A model generated the notes under the pieces. It saw only the letters and a list, made by a program, of their open reading frames with translations. It did no database searches and was not told the origin of the DNA. A stretch of DNA of 64,000 bases, from positions 1 through 64,000 of the forward strand of contig OZ245056.1 in assembly GCA_965224705.1 (NCBI GenBank). The letters are read 5' to 3'. This document shows, in pieces, positions 35,874-45,440 of the stretch. This DNA is from Spirochaetaceae bacterium (lineage in GTDB: Bacteria > Spirochaetota > Spirochaetia > DSM-2461). Every line of letters begins with the position of its first letter. Position 1 is the first letter of the stretch. Both the position numbers and the translations under genes were made by a program.

Positions 35874-37145
35874 TTAATGCTTCCGCATTACTTCCAGGGG
35901 TTTCAGTTTTGCAGCTCTTGCGGCAGGAACCCAGGAAGCAAAAATGGACAGTATAAGAGTGATCACTCCAATTCCGGCAGTAACCATCCAGCGCATTTCC
36001 ACCGGAACTGTCTGGAGATAATGTCCCTCACTCAGCAAAATGGGTGCTGGACCATCACTGAACAAACCAGTTATTAAGGACAGGATGTATTCAATGCCAG
36101 TAATAATTGGGTTGATGAACCAGGATATCAATAATCCTCCGCCGAGACCATAGATTGTGCCGATGAAAGCGGCCATGGTGCCGGTAATCACAAATGCCCG
36201 GCTTATTGTTCCCGGTGAAGTTCCTGTGCACTTGAGAATACCAATTTCCCGTCTGTGCTCAAAAGTCAGCATGACCAGTGATGTCATAACATTGAGTACG
36301 GCGGTTATGATGATGAGTGTCATAATAAGGAGAAGTATGCTCCTTGTATTTTCAAGATTACTCAGCAGATAACGGTTTAATTCCTTCCAGTCCGAAGTCG
36401 ACCATCGGGAAGCCAGATCCAACTCCAGTTTTTCCCACAGTTCGGGGTTTTGTTTGATATCAATGAACTTGCCGCCAATGAAAGTTTTGCTGTTTTCATC
36501 AGCGAGGATACGCCAGCCCATGTCCGGTGAGATAAATGCCCAGGTGCGATCGAGATCCTGGTAACCTGTTGAAAAGACTCCTCTGATCACAAATTCTGTT
36601 ACCCTGGGGATGATTCTGTTATTGGGCATTTGTCTGCCTGTCAACACAAGAATGCTCTCCCCAACATCGGCTCCCAGATATCTTGCGGCTTCCCGGCCAA
36701 GGAGTATGGAATTCCCACTGGTGTTCCATACTCCACTGTCGAATTCGATGTAACGATCAAAGCCGGAATCTCTGAAGGGAGCATTCTCAGGAATGGCTCT
36801 CAATGTCAGAGCAGTTCTGGGGCCCTCTGCACGGGCAAGGCCATATCCTGTTCGTTCAACCCAGGCAGATTTTATTCCTGGTTTCTGTGCAACATCTTCC
36901 GCCGACTCTTCCCAGTTATCCTTCCGTTCCCTCTCCCAGGAACGGATCTGGAAATGATAGGATGAAGTTTCCACATACCTGGCTGTTATACCTTCAATCA
37001 TGGCTGCTGCAAAATGGTCAACGACTACCAGGGGAATAAGAGACAGGGATATGCCCAATGCAGCCCCGAAAAGAGGGTGCCCATGCTGGCGGTTTTTTCG
37101 CCCCCGGAGGAATAATCGCCAGGCTATAAAAATTGAACCCCTCAT
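35874..37145 (-). CDS. LolC/E-family ABC permease
   Basis: GVFSTG..DLD, REIGILKCTG, PAARAAKLKPLEVMR. Confidence 0.88.
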   Translation of the reverse strand: MRGSIFIAWRLFLRGRKNRQHGHPLFGAALGISLSLIPLVVVDHFAAAMIEGITARYVETSSYHFQIRSWERERKDNWEESAEDVAQKPGIKSAWVERTGYGLARAEGPRTALTLRAIPENAPFRDSGFDRYIEFDSGVWNTSGNSILLGREAARYLGADVGESILVLTGRQMPNNRIIPRVTEFVIRGVFSTGYQDLDRTWAFISPDMGWRILADENSKTFIGGKFIDIKQNPELWEKLELDLASRWSTSDWKELNRYLLSNLENTRSILLLIMTLIIITAVLNVMTSLVMLTFEHRREIGILKCTGTSPGTISRAFVITGTMAAFIGTIYGLGGGLLISWFINPIITGIEYILSLITGLFSDGPAPILLSEGHYLQTVPVEMRWMVTAGIGVITLILSIFASWVPAARAAKLKPLEVMRKH

Positions 37146-37822
37146 GTCTGCTGCAGTAAGCCTTCTTTGAGGTAGAGCATTCTATCAGCCTTTCGAGCCA
37201 GATCTTCTGCATGAGTGACAAGGAGAAGTGATTTCCCCGATTCCAGCAGGAGATCAAAAATCAAATCGGTTACCATGGCTCTGTGCTCCTCATCAAGGTT
37301 CCCGGTTGGTTCATCAGCAATGATGAGTTTCGGATTGTTAACCAATGCCCGGGCCAATGCGGCTCTCTGGCGTTCTCCACCGGATAGCTGCGACGGATAA
37401 TGATGGCTTCTCTCGGCAACGCCTGCCTGATCCAGGAATTCCAGTGCTCTGGTTTCAGCTCTTTTGCGGGATACTCCCTGCATAAGCATGGGAAGCATGA
37501 CGTTTTCCAGAGCCGTGAAGTCCTTGAGAAGATAATGGAATTGAAAAACAAAACCAACAACCTCTGACCGGTATTGAGTGGCTTCTTTTTCACCCATCCC
37601 GGTTATATTATAACCACAGGCATGGATCTCGCCGGAGTCGGCTTTATCCAGACCTCCTATTAGATTGAGAAGAGTACTCTTCCCGCTTCCCGATGTTCCC
37701 ATGATGGAAATACTCTCCCCGGTTCTTACCTCAAGGTTTATATCCTTGAGCACTCTCAGTACCTCGGAACCGGAGATATACGATTTCTCAACGCCGCGCA
37801 CCGATAGAATTGTATCATTCAC
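37142..37822 (-). CDS. lolD: LolD-like ABC ATP-binding protein
   Basis: GTSGSGKST, GFVFQFHYLL, LSGGERQR, ADEPTGNLD. Confidence 0.9.
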   Translation of the reverse strand: MNDTILSVRGVEKSYISGSEVLRVLKDINLEVRTGESISIMGTSGSGKSTLLNLIGGLDKADSGEIHACGYNITGMGEKEATQYRSEVVGFVFQFHYLLKDFTALENVMLPMLMQGVSRKRAETRALEFLDQAGVAERSHHYPSQLSGGERQRAALARALVNNPKLIIADEPTGNLDEEHRAMVTDLIFDLLLESGKSLLLVTHAEDLARKADRMLYLKEGLLQQT

Positions 37823-39062
37823 TTCGAAGAACCTCTGCTGGTTTCGATCTGGCGGCCATGGATGATGCCCTGACAGCGGCCAGAAAAGTCAGAATCACTG
37901 CCGATGACAGAATATAAACAACATCAATGACCATAACCTGGGAGTTTTGAAAAAAGGCATCGACTGTCTGGTACCGCACTATATTCAATGAAGTATAAAC
38001 AGTGCGATTCTGAATACTTCTGAAGAACTGGATTATTGTGTTAATATTTTCACCAATCAGTACTCCCAGAATACTGCCGGCAACTCCCCCGAGAATTCCT
38101 GTGATCAATCCATGCTGCAGGAATAGTATTCGAATACTCCACGGGGAAGCCCCTGTTGCTTTCAGTATGGAAAGGTCTTCGATTCGTTCTACAGCCATGC
38201 GTCTCAGAGAATGATCAATATTCACAGCAACCACAACAAATATCAGGGTCACAAGCAGAATCATCATAATCTTTTCATTCCTGAGGGCCCCGAAAAAGGA
38301 ACTGTTTTTCTCTCTCCATGAGCTCAACTCCCCCGATAGAAGTATTTCATTTCTCCCAAGACGGCTCATTACCTGATCAACTCTTTCCGGACGGATGAGT
38401 TTCACACCCAGTTCCACTCTGGAATCATCAATAAGCACATCCATTGTATTCAATGAAACAAAAGCCATACTGCTCTCATAATTCTGGTACCTGCACTGGA
38501 AAATGCCGGTCACCTCAAGTTGAACTTCTTCAGTCGATACCCCGTTACTTGAAAGAGTGAGAACTGAAATCCTGTCTCCGGGGAATGCTCCAAGGTTGTA
38601 GGCCAGAATCTGCCCAAGAACAATTCCCTCACTCTCCACGTTGAATTCACCCTGAACAATTTCCAGGTAATGAGCCAGATTTTTGTCTTTTGTATAGGTA
38701 TCGGGAGGTAAGCCCCTGATGAGGGCACCGGAGAGTTCGGATTGCTTTCCGCTGAGCATTGTTATACCCTCACGGAAAGGAGTCACAAAGATAACATCAG
38801 GGTCCTCACCGATTGTACTGATAACAGAATCGATATCGGCATCATCTCCATCAGGCATCCAGTGAATATGATAGGAACCAATTTCCAGTATACTGCTTAT
38901 GAATCCCTGCTGGAGTCCATTCATAACTGCAAGAATCGTGTTAAGAGTTGCGACACCTGTGCATATAAGCAGTACTCCAAAGAGAAAAACAAACCGGCCG
39001 CGTCCACCCCGACGCCCTGTTATGAATCTCCAGGCAACAAAAAAAGTCCACCGCGATTTCAT
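37815..39062 (-). CDS. LolC/E-family ABC permease
   Basis: VMNGLQ, SWREKNSSFFGALRNEK, KPAEVLRSE. Confidence 0.88.
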   Translation of the reverse strand: MKSRWTFFVAWRFITGRRGGRGRFVFLFGVLLICTGVATLNTILAVMNGLQQGFISSILEIGSYHIHWMPDGDDADIDSVISTIGEDPDVIFVTPFREGITMLSGKQSELSGALIRGLPPDTYTKDKNLAHYLEIVQGEFNVESEGIVLGQILAYNLGAFPGDRISVLTLSSNGVSTEEVQLEVTGIFQCRYQNYESSMAFVSLNTMDVLIDDSRVELGVKLIRPERVDQVMSRLGRNEILLSGELSSWREKNSSFFGALRNEKIMMILLVTLIFVVVAVNIDHSLRRMAVERIEDLSILKATGASPWSIRILFLQHGLITGILGGVAGSILGVLIGENINTIIQFFRSIQNRTVYTSLNIVRYQTVDAFFQNSQVMVIDVVYILSSAVILTFLAAVRASSMAARSKPAEVLRSE

Positions 39063-40003
39063 TCCTGCAGCTCACGTTCTCGAACAACCAAACCATACCG
39101 CAAAAACTCGTCCTTAATACGTCGACCATCCTTCCAGTACACACGTATGACGGCACTTCCATTCCTGAATATGGTTTCGATTTTTTCACCGGGAGAAATC
39201 CAGGCGGTATCCCTTGTTTTCAATCCGTTTTCATAATGAGTTTCCCGTTGTTTCTCTCCCTCCTCAGACCACTCATATTCTTTCAGCGAAACTCTTCCTT
39301 CCCCTCGTTCAACAACACTGCTCAAATTGGCATTGTCCCAGGTAAAGCTTCGAGTGAGCAGAAGAACATCTTCCTTCAAAATCTCTTCCTGTTCAAGATA
39401 TCCCTGTGAATCATACTGACTGATACGAGTTGTATCCCCTTCATGAATAATGGACTGTAGAATCCTGCCGTCTTCTGTTCTTATAAAGGTTTGAGACTTC
39501 ACAATTTCATCATCCCTGTACATAACCTGCTTGAGGGTCTGGGCAAATTCATTCATTTCAGTAATTGACCAATCATCTTCTGCTCCATACTTACTCCTCA
39601 GATTGGAACCATTGACATGGGTACGATACTGACTTTCTACATGGACCTCAGGTTTCTCAGAATCCTGATTGAATATGTAGGAAATTCGGTTGTTTCCATC
39701 TTCATCGTAGAAGTATTCCACTCTGGACAGTCGGCGGTTATCAGCATCCAACTCCTCCCATGCCTGCAGGACTCCATCAACTCGTGTCAGCACGATGGAA
39801 GACTGCACTTTATTATTATGGTAAAGAGTTTGAGTTTCCACGCCATCATTTCTTTCAACGGATATTTTCCAACCGGATTTCGGATTGTATCGAGAATCTA
39901 TGGGCTCCCCGACATACCCTCCGGGACCGGAACTGTACCATTCCACTGCACCGAGGGCTGTACCTGTAACAAAAAAAGCAATGCCCAGGAGAAAACTATT
40001 CAT
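39059..40003 (-). CDS. Exported hypothetical protein with YD/MORN-like beta repeats
   Basis: Signal peptide; YFYDEDGN, YDSQGYL, WSEEGEK, YENG, WKDG units. Confidence 0.65.
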   Translation of the reverse strand: MNSFLLGIAFFVTGTALGAVEWYSSGPGGYVGEPIDSRYNPKSGWKISVERNDGVETQTLYHNNKVQSSIVLTRVDGVLQAWEELDADNRRLSRVEYFYDEDGNNRISYIFNQDSEKPEVHVESQYRTHVNGSNLRSKYGAEDDWSITEMNEFAQTLKQVMYRDDEIVKSQTFIRTEDGRILQSIIHEGDTTRISQYDSQGYLEQEEILKEDVLLLTRSFTWDNANLSSVVERGEGRVSLKEYEWSEEGEKQRETHYENGLKTRDTAWISPGEKIETIFRNGSAVIRVYWKDGRRIKDEFLRYGLVVRERELQE

Positions 40004-40916
40004 CGGGCTGATCCAGGAGCTCTTTTAGGTATTGTTCAGGATCAAATGGGTGCAGATCATCCATTTTTTCCCCTCTTCCCAGGAAGGCTATGGGGAGCTG
40101 CAGATCCCTGCCAATTGCGGTGATAAGTCCTCCTCTGGCTGAGGAATCATACTTAGTCATGCAAATTGCATCGATACCGACCGTTTCATGGAAGACTTCC
40201 GCCTGTTTCATTCCATTCTGACCGGTCGTTGCATCAACAACAAGGACTTTCTTATAGGTATCATTCTCCCCCAATCTATCCTCAATGATTCGGTCAATCT
40301 TCTCTAACTCCCTGACCAAATTCACTTTGTTGTGCATACGGCCAGCTGTGTCCGCAAGAATAACACGATCACCCCGATTTTCTGCGGAGGTAAGGGCATC
40401 ATAGATGACAGCAGCAGGATCAGAGCCATGATGCTGTTTGACGATTCGGGCCCCAACCCTGTCGGCCAGTATTTCCAACTGTTCGACAGCCGCAGCACGA
40501 AAGGTATCTCCTGCGGCCAATGTCACCGGACCAAGATCATTTTTTATAAACCGGTGAGCCATTTTCGCAATGGTTGTTGTCTTACCGACACCGTTTACTC
40601 CAAGTACCAGATACATGGAAAGACAGTTCTCAGGAGGATGGAGTTCTGTCGATATCAATGATGGTCTGATGATGTTTTTCAGCTCATCAACGCATTGAGT
40701 TTGTGACCAGTTCTGTGAGGATGACGTATATCTCCTGCGAAGTTCAGCAACCAGTGCTGCCGCGGTTGATATGCCAAGATCTGATTCTACAAGCAAATCT
40801 TCAAGGTCTTCGTAAAAGTCTTCCAGGCTGGATGAACTTCTTGAAAAAAGATCACGAATACGAAGGCCAATACTTTTTGAGGAAACAGATTTCTTTTTTT
40901 TCTTTCTACCAAACAT
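39996..40916 (-). CDS. ftsY: SRP receptor FtsY
   Basis: GVNGVGKTTT, DTFRAAA, DTAGR, DATTGQNG, TKYD. Confidence 0.96.
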   Translation of the reverse strand: MFGRKKKKKSVSSKSIGLRIRDLFSRSSSSLEDFYEDLEDLLVESDLGISTAAALVAELRRRYTSSSQNWSQTQCVDELKNIIRPSLISTELHPPENCLSMYLVLGVNGVGKTTTIAKMAHRFIKNDLGPVTLAAGDTFRAAAVEQLEILADRVGARIVKQHHGSDPAAVIYDALTSAENRGDRVILADTAGRMHNKVNLVRELEKIDRIIEDRLGENDTYKKVLVVDATTGQNGMKQAEVFHETVGIDAICMTKYDSSARGGLITAIGRDLQLPIAFLGRGEKMDDLHPFDPEQYLKELLDQPDE

Positions 40917-40932
40917 TGGAATTCCATTGTAG

Positions 40933-42375
40933 TTAATTCGCTAAATCTTCAACAGATTTCAGATACTTTCCAAGGTTAACCAGTGTGAGGATAAGAAGTC
41001 CAGCATTGATTGCAGCACTGCCCCACATTACCCCGGTTGTGATCTGAGATGTGGCGTAAGAAGATTGTTTATCTGAAGAGTTGGTGCTTTTATTGTACTG
41101 ATCCAATAGATTTTGATTCACTCCCATCAGTATCAAAGTGGGAGCAAGAGACAGGGAAAACCATGCCGCAGCACTGTCAAAACGACGCCTTGCCTTCTTC
41201 ATCTCTTCTTTCGGATCAAGCAGTACTTCATCGAGAGGAATTGTAAGACGTTCGGTCTCTGGTGTCAGGGGAACTGTGCGATTCTTGAATCCCTCCTTTT
41301 CCAGTGTCAGAGGCATGATTCGATCCGGTTCAACAACGGGCAAAGGGGTTAAACCCAGCCACATGGCACCCAGGCGAACCGACGCCCCGGCTGGAATAGA
41401 ACTTACCAGAACCTGGTTCACCTCAACAGCCTCCATTTCGATGAGGATGTCCAGATGCTGATCAGGTAGAAGTACGGTTTCCTGAATCACGGGCTTGTAT
41501 CCATGAGCACTCACTTCAATACTGTACGTGCCGGGATCGAGAATTCCATCAACCCAGTATCCCACTCCCGCAAATTGATTATTCACACTGATGAATCCCA
41601 CAGAAGGTTCTACCTTGACAGAAAGAGAGGACCAGGGTCTGCCCAACAGAATTCCACGAGCCCTGGAGGCTATTGCATCAGCGGTATCTTCAAGCTCAGT
41701 TCTTTCAATTGCACTTTCCCACAGAACTGATTTACCAGCTTCTGTCCACGCATAGGCCACAATACCATAGTAATCACCTGCCTGAACAATGCTTCCGGTA
41801 ATCAAAGTATCTAATCCATGTTTTTTTCTGTAGATCTCGGGGATGGCTCCCTTCAAACTCCAGAAACGGCCGTTGTCTTCAGCAGGAGGAAATGAAATAC
41901 TCAGCTTCTCCGGAACAATGATGCTTTTGGGCAGAAGACTTCGATTCTTCTTCAATGCCTGATGAGTTTCAAGGATTTTTTCCTTCTCCTGAGAAATTTT
42001 ATCAGGGTTGATACTGAGTTCAAAGAGATAGTTATCAAGGTTCTTGTGAGAACTTTCAAGGGCTTTGAGGAGTTTCAACTCTTCACTGGCGATTACTTCC
42101 CGGGCCAGAGATAATCGCTCATTTTCTGTTAGATTGTGTTCGGGGATATCACTGAGTCCTTCATGTAAAAGTCTGCTCATCACTGTTGAAACAGATATAA
42201 GGGACAAATCGTCTTCGTCAACCTCGAATATGGCAATCCCGACATCCCATGATTCTTTATCTGAAGATAAATCATCCCCTGCCCTCACTTCCAGAGAAGA
42301 GAATACCAGGACAAGAATACACAGAATGAGTCCCTGTTTTTTTCCCGGCAGAACCTGAATCACTGGCGGAATCAT
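40933..42375 (-). CDS. Exported PEGA-domain protein
   Basis: PGTYSIEVSAHGY and SSIPAGASV..LGLTPL PEGA repeats; C-terminal hydrophobic helices. Confidence 0.8.
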   Translation of the reverse strand: MIPPVIQVLPGKKQGLILCILVLVFSSLEVRAGDDLSSDKESWDVGIAIFEVDEDDLSLISVSTVMSRLLHEGLSDIPEHNLTENERLSLAREVIASEELKLLKALESSHKNLDNYLFELSINPDKISQEKEKILETHQALKKNRSLLPKSIIVPEKLSISFPPAEDNGRFWSLKGAIPEIYRKKHGLDTLITGSIVQAGDYYGIVAYAWTEAGKSVLWESAIERTELEDTADAIASRARGILLGRPWSSLSVKVEPSVGFISVNNQFAGVGYWVDGILDPGTYSIEVSAHGYKPVIQETVLLPDQHLDILIEMEAVEVNQVLVSSIPAGASVRLGAMWLGLTPLPVVEPDRIMPLTLEKEGFKNRTVPLTPETERLTIPLDEVLLDPKEEMKKARRRFDSAAAWFSLSLAPTLILMGVNQNLLDQYNKSTNSSDKQSSYATSQITTGVMWGSAAINAGLLILTLVNLGKYLKSVEDLAN

Positions 42376-43476
42376 TGAACCAGTCCACTGGACCAGCGAA
42401 GATAAGTATCAATGAATTGATCAATATCACCATCCAATACGGCCTGAATGTTACCTGTTTCATAGCGGGTTCTCAGGTCTTTTACCATGGTATAGGGGTG
42501 AAAAACATAGGAGCGAATCTGGCTCCCCCAGCCAATATCTTTTTTCTCAGCCGCATTGGATGCTCGTTTTTCACTCTGTTTCTGGCGATAAAACTCGTAA
42601 AGACGGGATTTCAGAACTTTCAAAGCTGTTCCTCGATTTTTCAGTTGACTTCTTTCATTCTGGCACTGCACAACTATGCCGGTTTCCAGATGAGTCATTC
42701 GGACAGCACTTGAAGTTTTATTGACATGCTGACCACCGGCTCCGGAAGCCCTGTAAGTATCGACTCGAATTTGCTCTGGTTTCACCTGTATCTCAATATC
42801 ATCTTCAAATACAGGAGAGACATAAACAGAGGCAAAAGTTGTATGTCTTCTATTGGCCGAATCAAATGGGCTTATCCGAACAAGACGATGTATGCCTCCC
42901 TCTCCTTTTAGAAACCCATGAGCATAGTCACCATCCACCTGAAAATCAACAGATTTTACTCCACCTTCCGCATCCTGAATATCCAGCAATGTCAGTGAAA
43001 AGCCACGCCGCTCTATCCAGCGGGCATACATTCTGTACAGCATGGATGCCCAGTCACAGGATTCAGTGCCGCCAGCACCAGAATGTATCGTAACGAAGGC
43101 TGATGCGGAATCAGTTTTTTCACTGAACAATTCCAGAATACTCAGATCATCATAAGCCAATGACACAGATTCAATGGCCTCAAGAATTTCCTTTTCCATA
43201 TCTTCATTCCCGGCCTCAACCGCCAGGTCGTAAAGAGCTATTGTATCTTCAAGTTCAGTAATGAGTTCATCCCATGGTTCATAGCGAGTTTTCAACTTTT
43301 TCAGCTCCGCCATTGTTTTCTCGGCAGACTCCCGGTTGGTCCAGAAATCGGAATCTGCTGATAGTAATTCAAGGCGTCTGGCTTCTTCTTTAAGCTTCAA
43401 AGAGTCAAAGATGACTCCAGGTTTCGCGAATATCATTTTCAAGTTTTTTTAGCAATGGGTTCAAATCATTCAGCAT
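42372..43476 (-). CDS. prfB: Peptide chain release factor 2 with programmed +1 frameshift
   Basis: AAGGAG SD, ATG 43476, 23 codons to CTT-TGA-C (43410-43404), then +1 frame with SPF and GAGGQ. Confidence 0.96.
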
Positions 43477-43503
43477 GTTTCAAGTACTCCTTATGTTGTT
43501 TTT

Positions 43504-45312
43504 CTATTTCCTTTTATCTGTGAGATCATTTAATTCACTCCATGCCTTCTCCTGCTGCTCTCGAGTAAGAATCTTTCCCTGTCGGGGAATTTTTTGATTT
43601 CTCTGCTTATTCCCGTTTCTGCCTGTAATCACTTCCTCCCGCTTCATAGTCTTCTTCACCGATGCAGGTTTTCGGGTTTTCCTGGCTGTCCTGGTTTTGA
43701 CCGGTTTTCTGGCTTTCCTGGGTGTTTTTTTCTCTTCCTGAATCACTTCCCGCTCTGAATCCTGATTCAATGGGCTATACCGATTCAGGTAGTTTTCATA
43801 TTGACCAGAGACTCTCATGAGGAATCGACGGATTAAGGACAGCTGTGAAAATGTTTGTTCAAATATCTGTGATAGATGGAGATTGAATAAATCATCGATT
43901 TCTTTGAATTTCACACTTCCCGGGACGAAGTACTTATCCAGCACACTTCTCAGCCGCTGCATTTCAGTATTCTTCAAGACCTTGGTACCATAGTGTATTA
44001 TCCCGTCAGCAACCAGACGCGGGGATGAATACAGAGAATTCATAACTTGATAGTTTTCAGCTATCCTCTGCTTAACTTCTGTCCTGAATACCCTCAGGGT
44101 TGAGAATACTGAGGCTTTCTTCCTGTTATTCGATCTCAGGACCAGAGAGAACTGCTTTAAATAGTATTTACGGAGTTCAGAAGAGACGACATCATGTTCA
44201 GTCTTAAACAACAAATACACGTTGTCACGGTAGATATATTTATTATCAAGTAAGATTACAGCAGGAAGACCAGATTTCGTGTTGGATTTCAGGAATCTCT
44301 CATCGAAGACCTGTCTTATATCTTCCCATTTCTCTTCATACGGCTTGAACAGATCATTGAAATCCTTACGTTCGACAAGAAAACCATCCTTTTTAGCTAT
44401 GGAGAGTAGAAGTTTTTTCATGACGCTGAGTTTTTCCTCTTCATCTTTCCGCATCGACTCCATTTCCGTCATTTGATTTTCTGTGAATGCTCTGATAATC
44501 CTTGCCGATCGAAACAACTCTATTGAAGTAGTAATCTTCTCTTCAGCCAGTCGTGTCCGATTTTCGATTAAGGTGTTCGTGAGCCGATTCCAGAAATCAT
44601 GTTCGTCCCTGGCAATAGACTGTTTAAACGCTGTTTCCAGTACACCCATCATTCGCGAAACAGCAGACTGTAGACTTGAATCCTTCTGAATTGTCTGACG
44701 AATCCTGACTCTGGAAACATCCATCATAACTGGAAGAGATGCCGGTGTAATAATAATACTGCAATTCTTGCCGGTATCAATCTTGAAGATTACAACACTG
44801 TTTTTATACGTATTCACAAGATCCGTTGTGATATCGGTAAGAGGCAGCTGCTGCAGGAGTTCGACTGGAAGTTTGTGTTTTTTACCAAAGTCCTCAACAG
44901 TCGGGAATGGCTCGGCACCTGACAGCTTGATGTTTTTCCAGGTGTTTTCAATAAGCCAGTACCAGAATCGGGGAGAATTTACCCCGGTCAGTATGACTCG
45001 AGAATTCTCCAGTCTCCCATTACTGATACTCTTCTCCAATATCCCGCATCTGCCTGCCTGTAGAAATTCCATAAGAGATTCAAGGGTCTCAGCAACCGAT
45101 GGAACCTTTCCTTCCAGTAAGGAAACCAGCTTCTTAAAAGATATTTCCGGCTCCAGCAAATCACAGATTTCAGAGAAGAGGATTCTTGGGTGATCGGCAA
45201 TCGTTCCAAGCTGAAACAAGAAGCCATCTCTGTCTTTCGGATCCATCTGAAGGTAGGAAGGGGTTTCGGGCTGGTTGAGTATGAGTGCATTATCACTTAT
45301 TTGATCGGCCAT
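43504..45312 (-). CDS. Hypothetical protein with Lys/Arg-rich C-terminal tail
   Basis: 602-aa ORF with GGAGG SD; no recognised motif. Confidence 0.7.
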   Translation of the reverse strand: MADQISDNALILNQPETPSYLQMDPKDRDGFLFQLGTIADHPRILFSEICDLLEPEISFKKLVSLLEGKVPSVAETLESLMEFLQAGRCGILEKSISNGRLENSRVILTGVNSPRFWYWLIENTWKNIKLSGAEPFPTVEDFGKKHKLPVELLQQLPLTDITTDLVNTYKNSVVIFKIDTGKNCSIIITPASLPVMMDVSRVRIRQTIQKDSSLQSAVSRMMGVLETAFKQSIARDEHDFWNRLTNTLIENRTRLAEEKITTSIELFRSARIIRAFTENQMTEMESMRKDEEEKLSVMKKLLLSIAKKDGFLVERKDFNDLFKPYEEKWEDIRQVFDERFLKSNTKSGLPAVILLDNKYIYRDNVYLLFKTEHDVVSSELRKYYLKQFSLVLRSNNRKKASVFSTLRVFRTEVKQRIAENYQVMNSLYSSPRLVADGIIHYGTKVLKNTEMQRLRSVLDKYFVPGSVKFKEIDDLFNLHLSQIFEQTFSQLSLIRRFLMRVSGQYENYLNRYSPLNQDSEREVIQEEKKTPRKARKPVKTRTARKTRKPASVKKTMKREEVITGRNGNKQRNQKIPRQGKILTREQQEKAWSELNDLTDKRK

Positions 45313-45440
45313 TATCCCTCCTATGCCTGTTTCGAGACCTGAAGTGAGGTATGAAGTGAATGAGAGTTCTCAATAATACCATAACTCCGAGAAAAAAAAG
45401 GACTGAAACCAGGGCCTTCATTATGATTCAGTATACGCAA

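Noticed and set aside
39059..40003. RHS/YD toxin
   Set aside because: Short, no RHS core or toxin/immunity pair, and embedded in the ftsY-lol operon
43411..43442. prfB start at 43442 from the ORF track
   Set aside because: Artefact of the programmed frameshift
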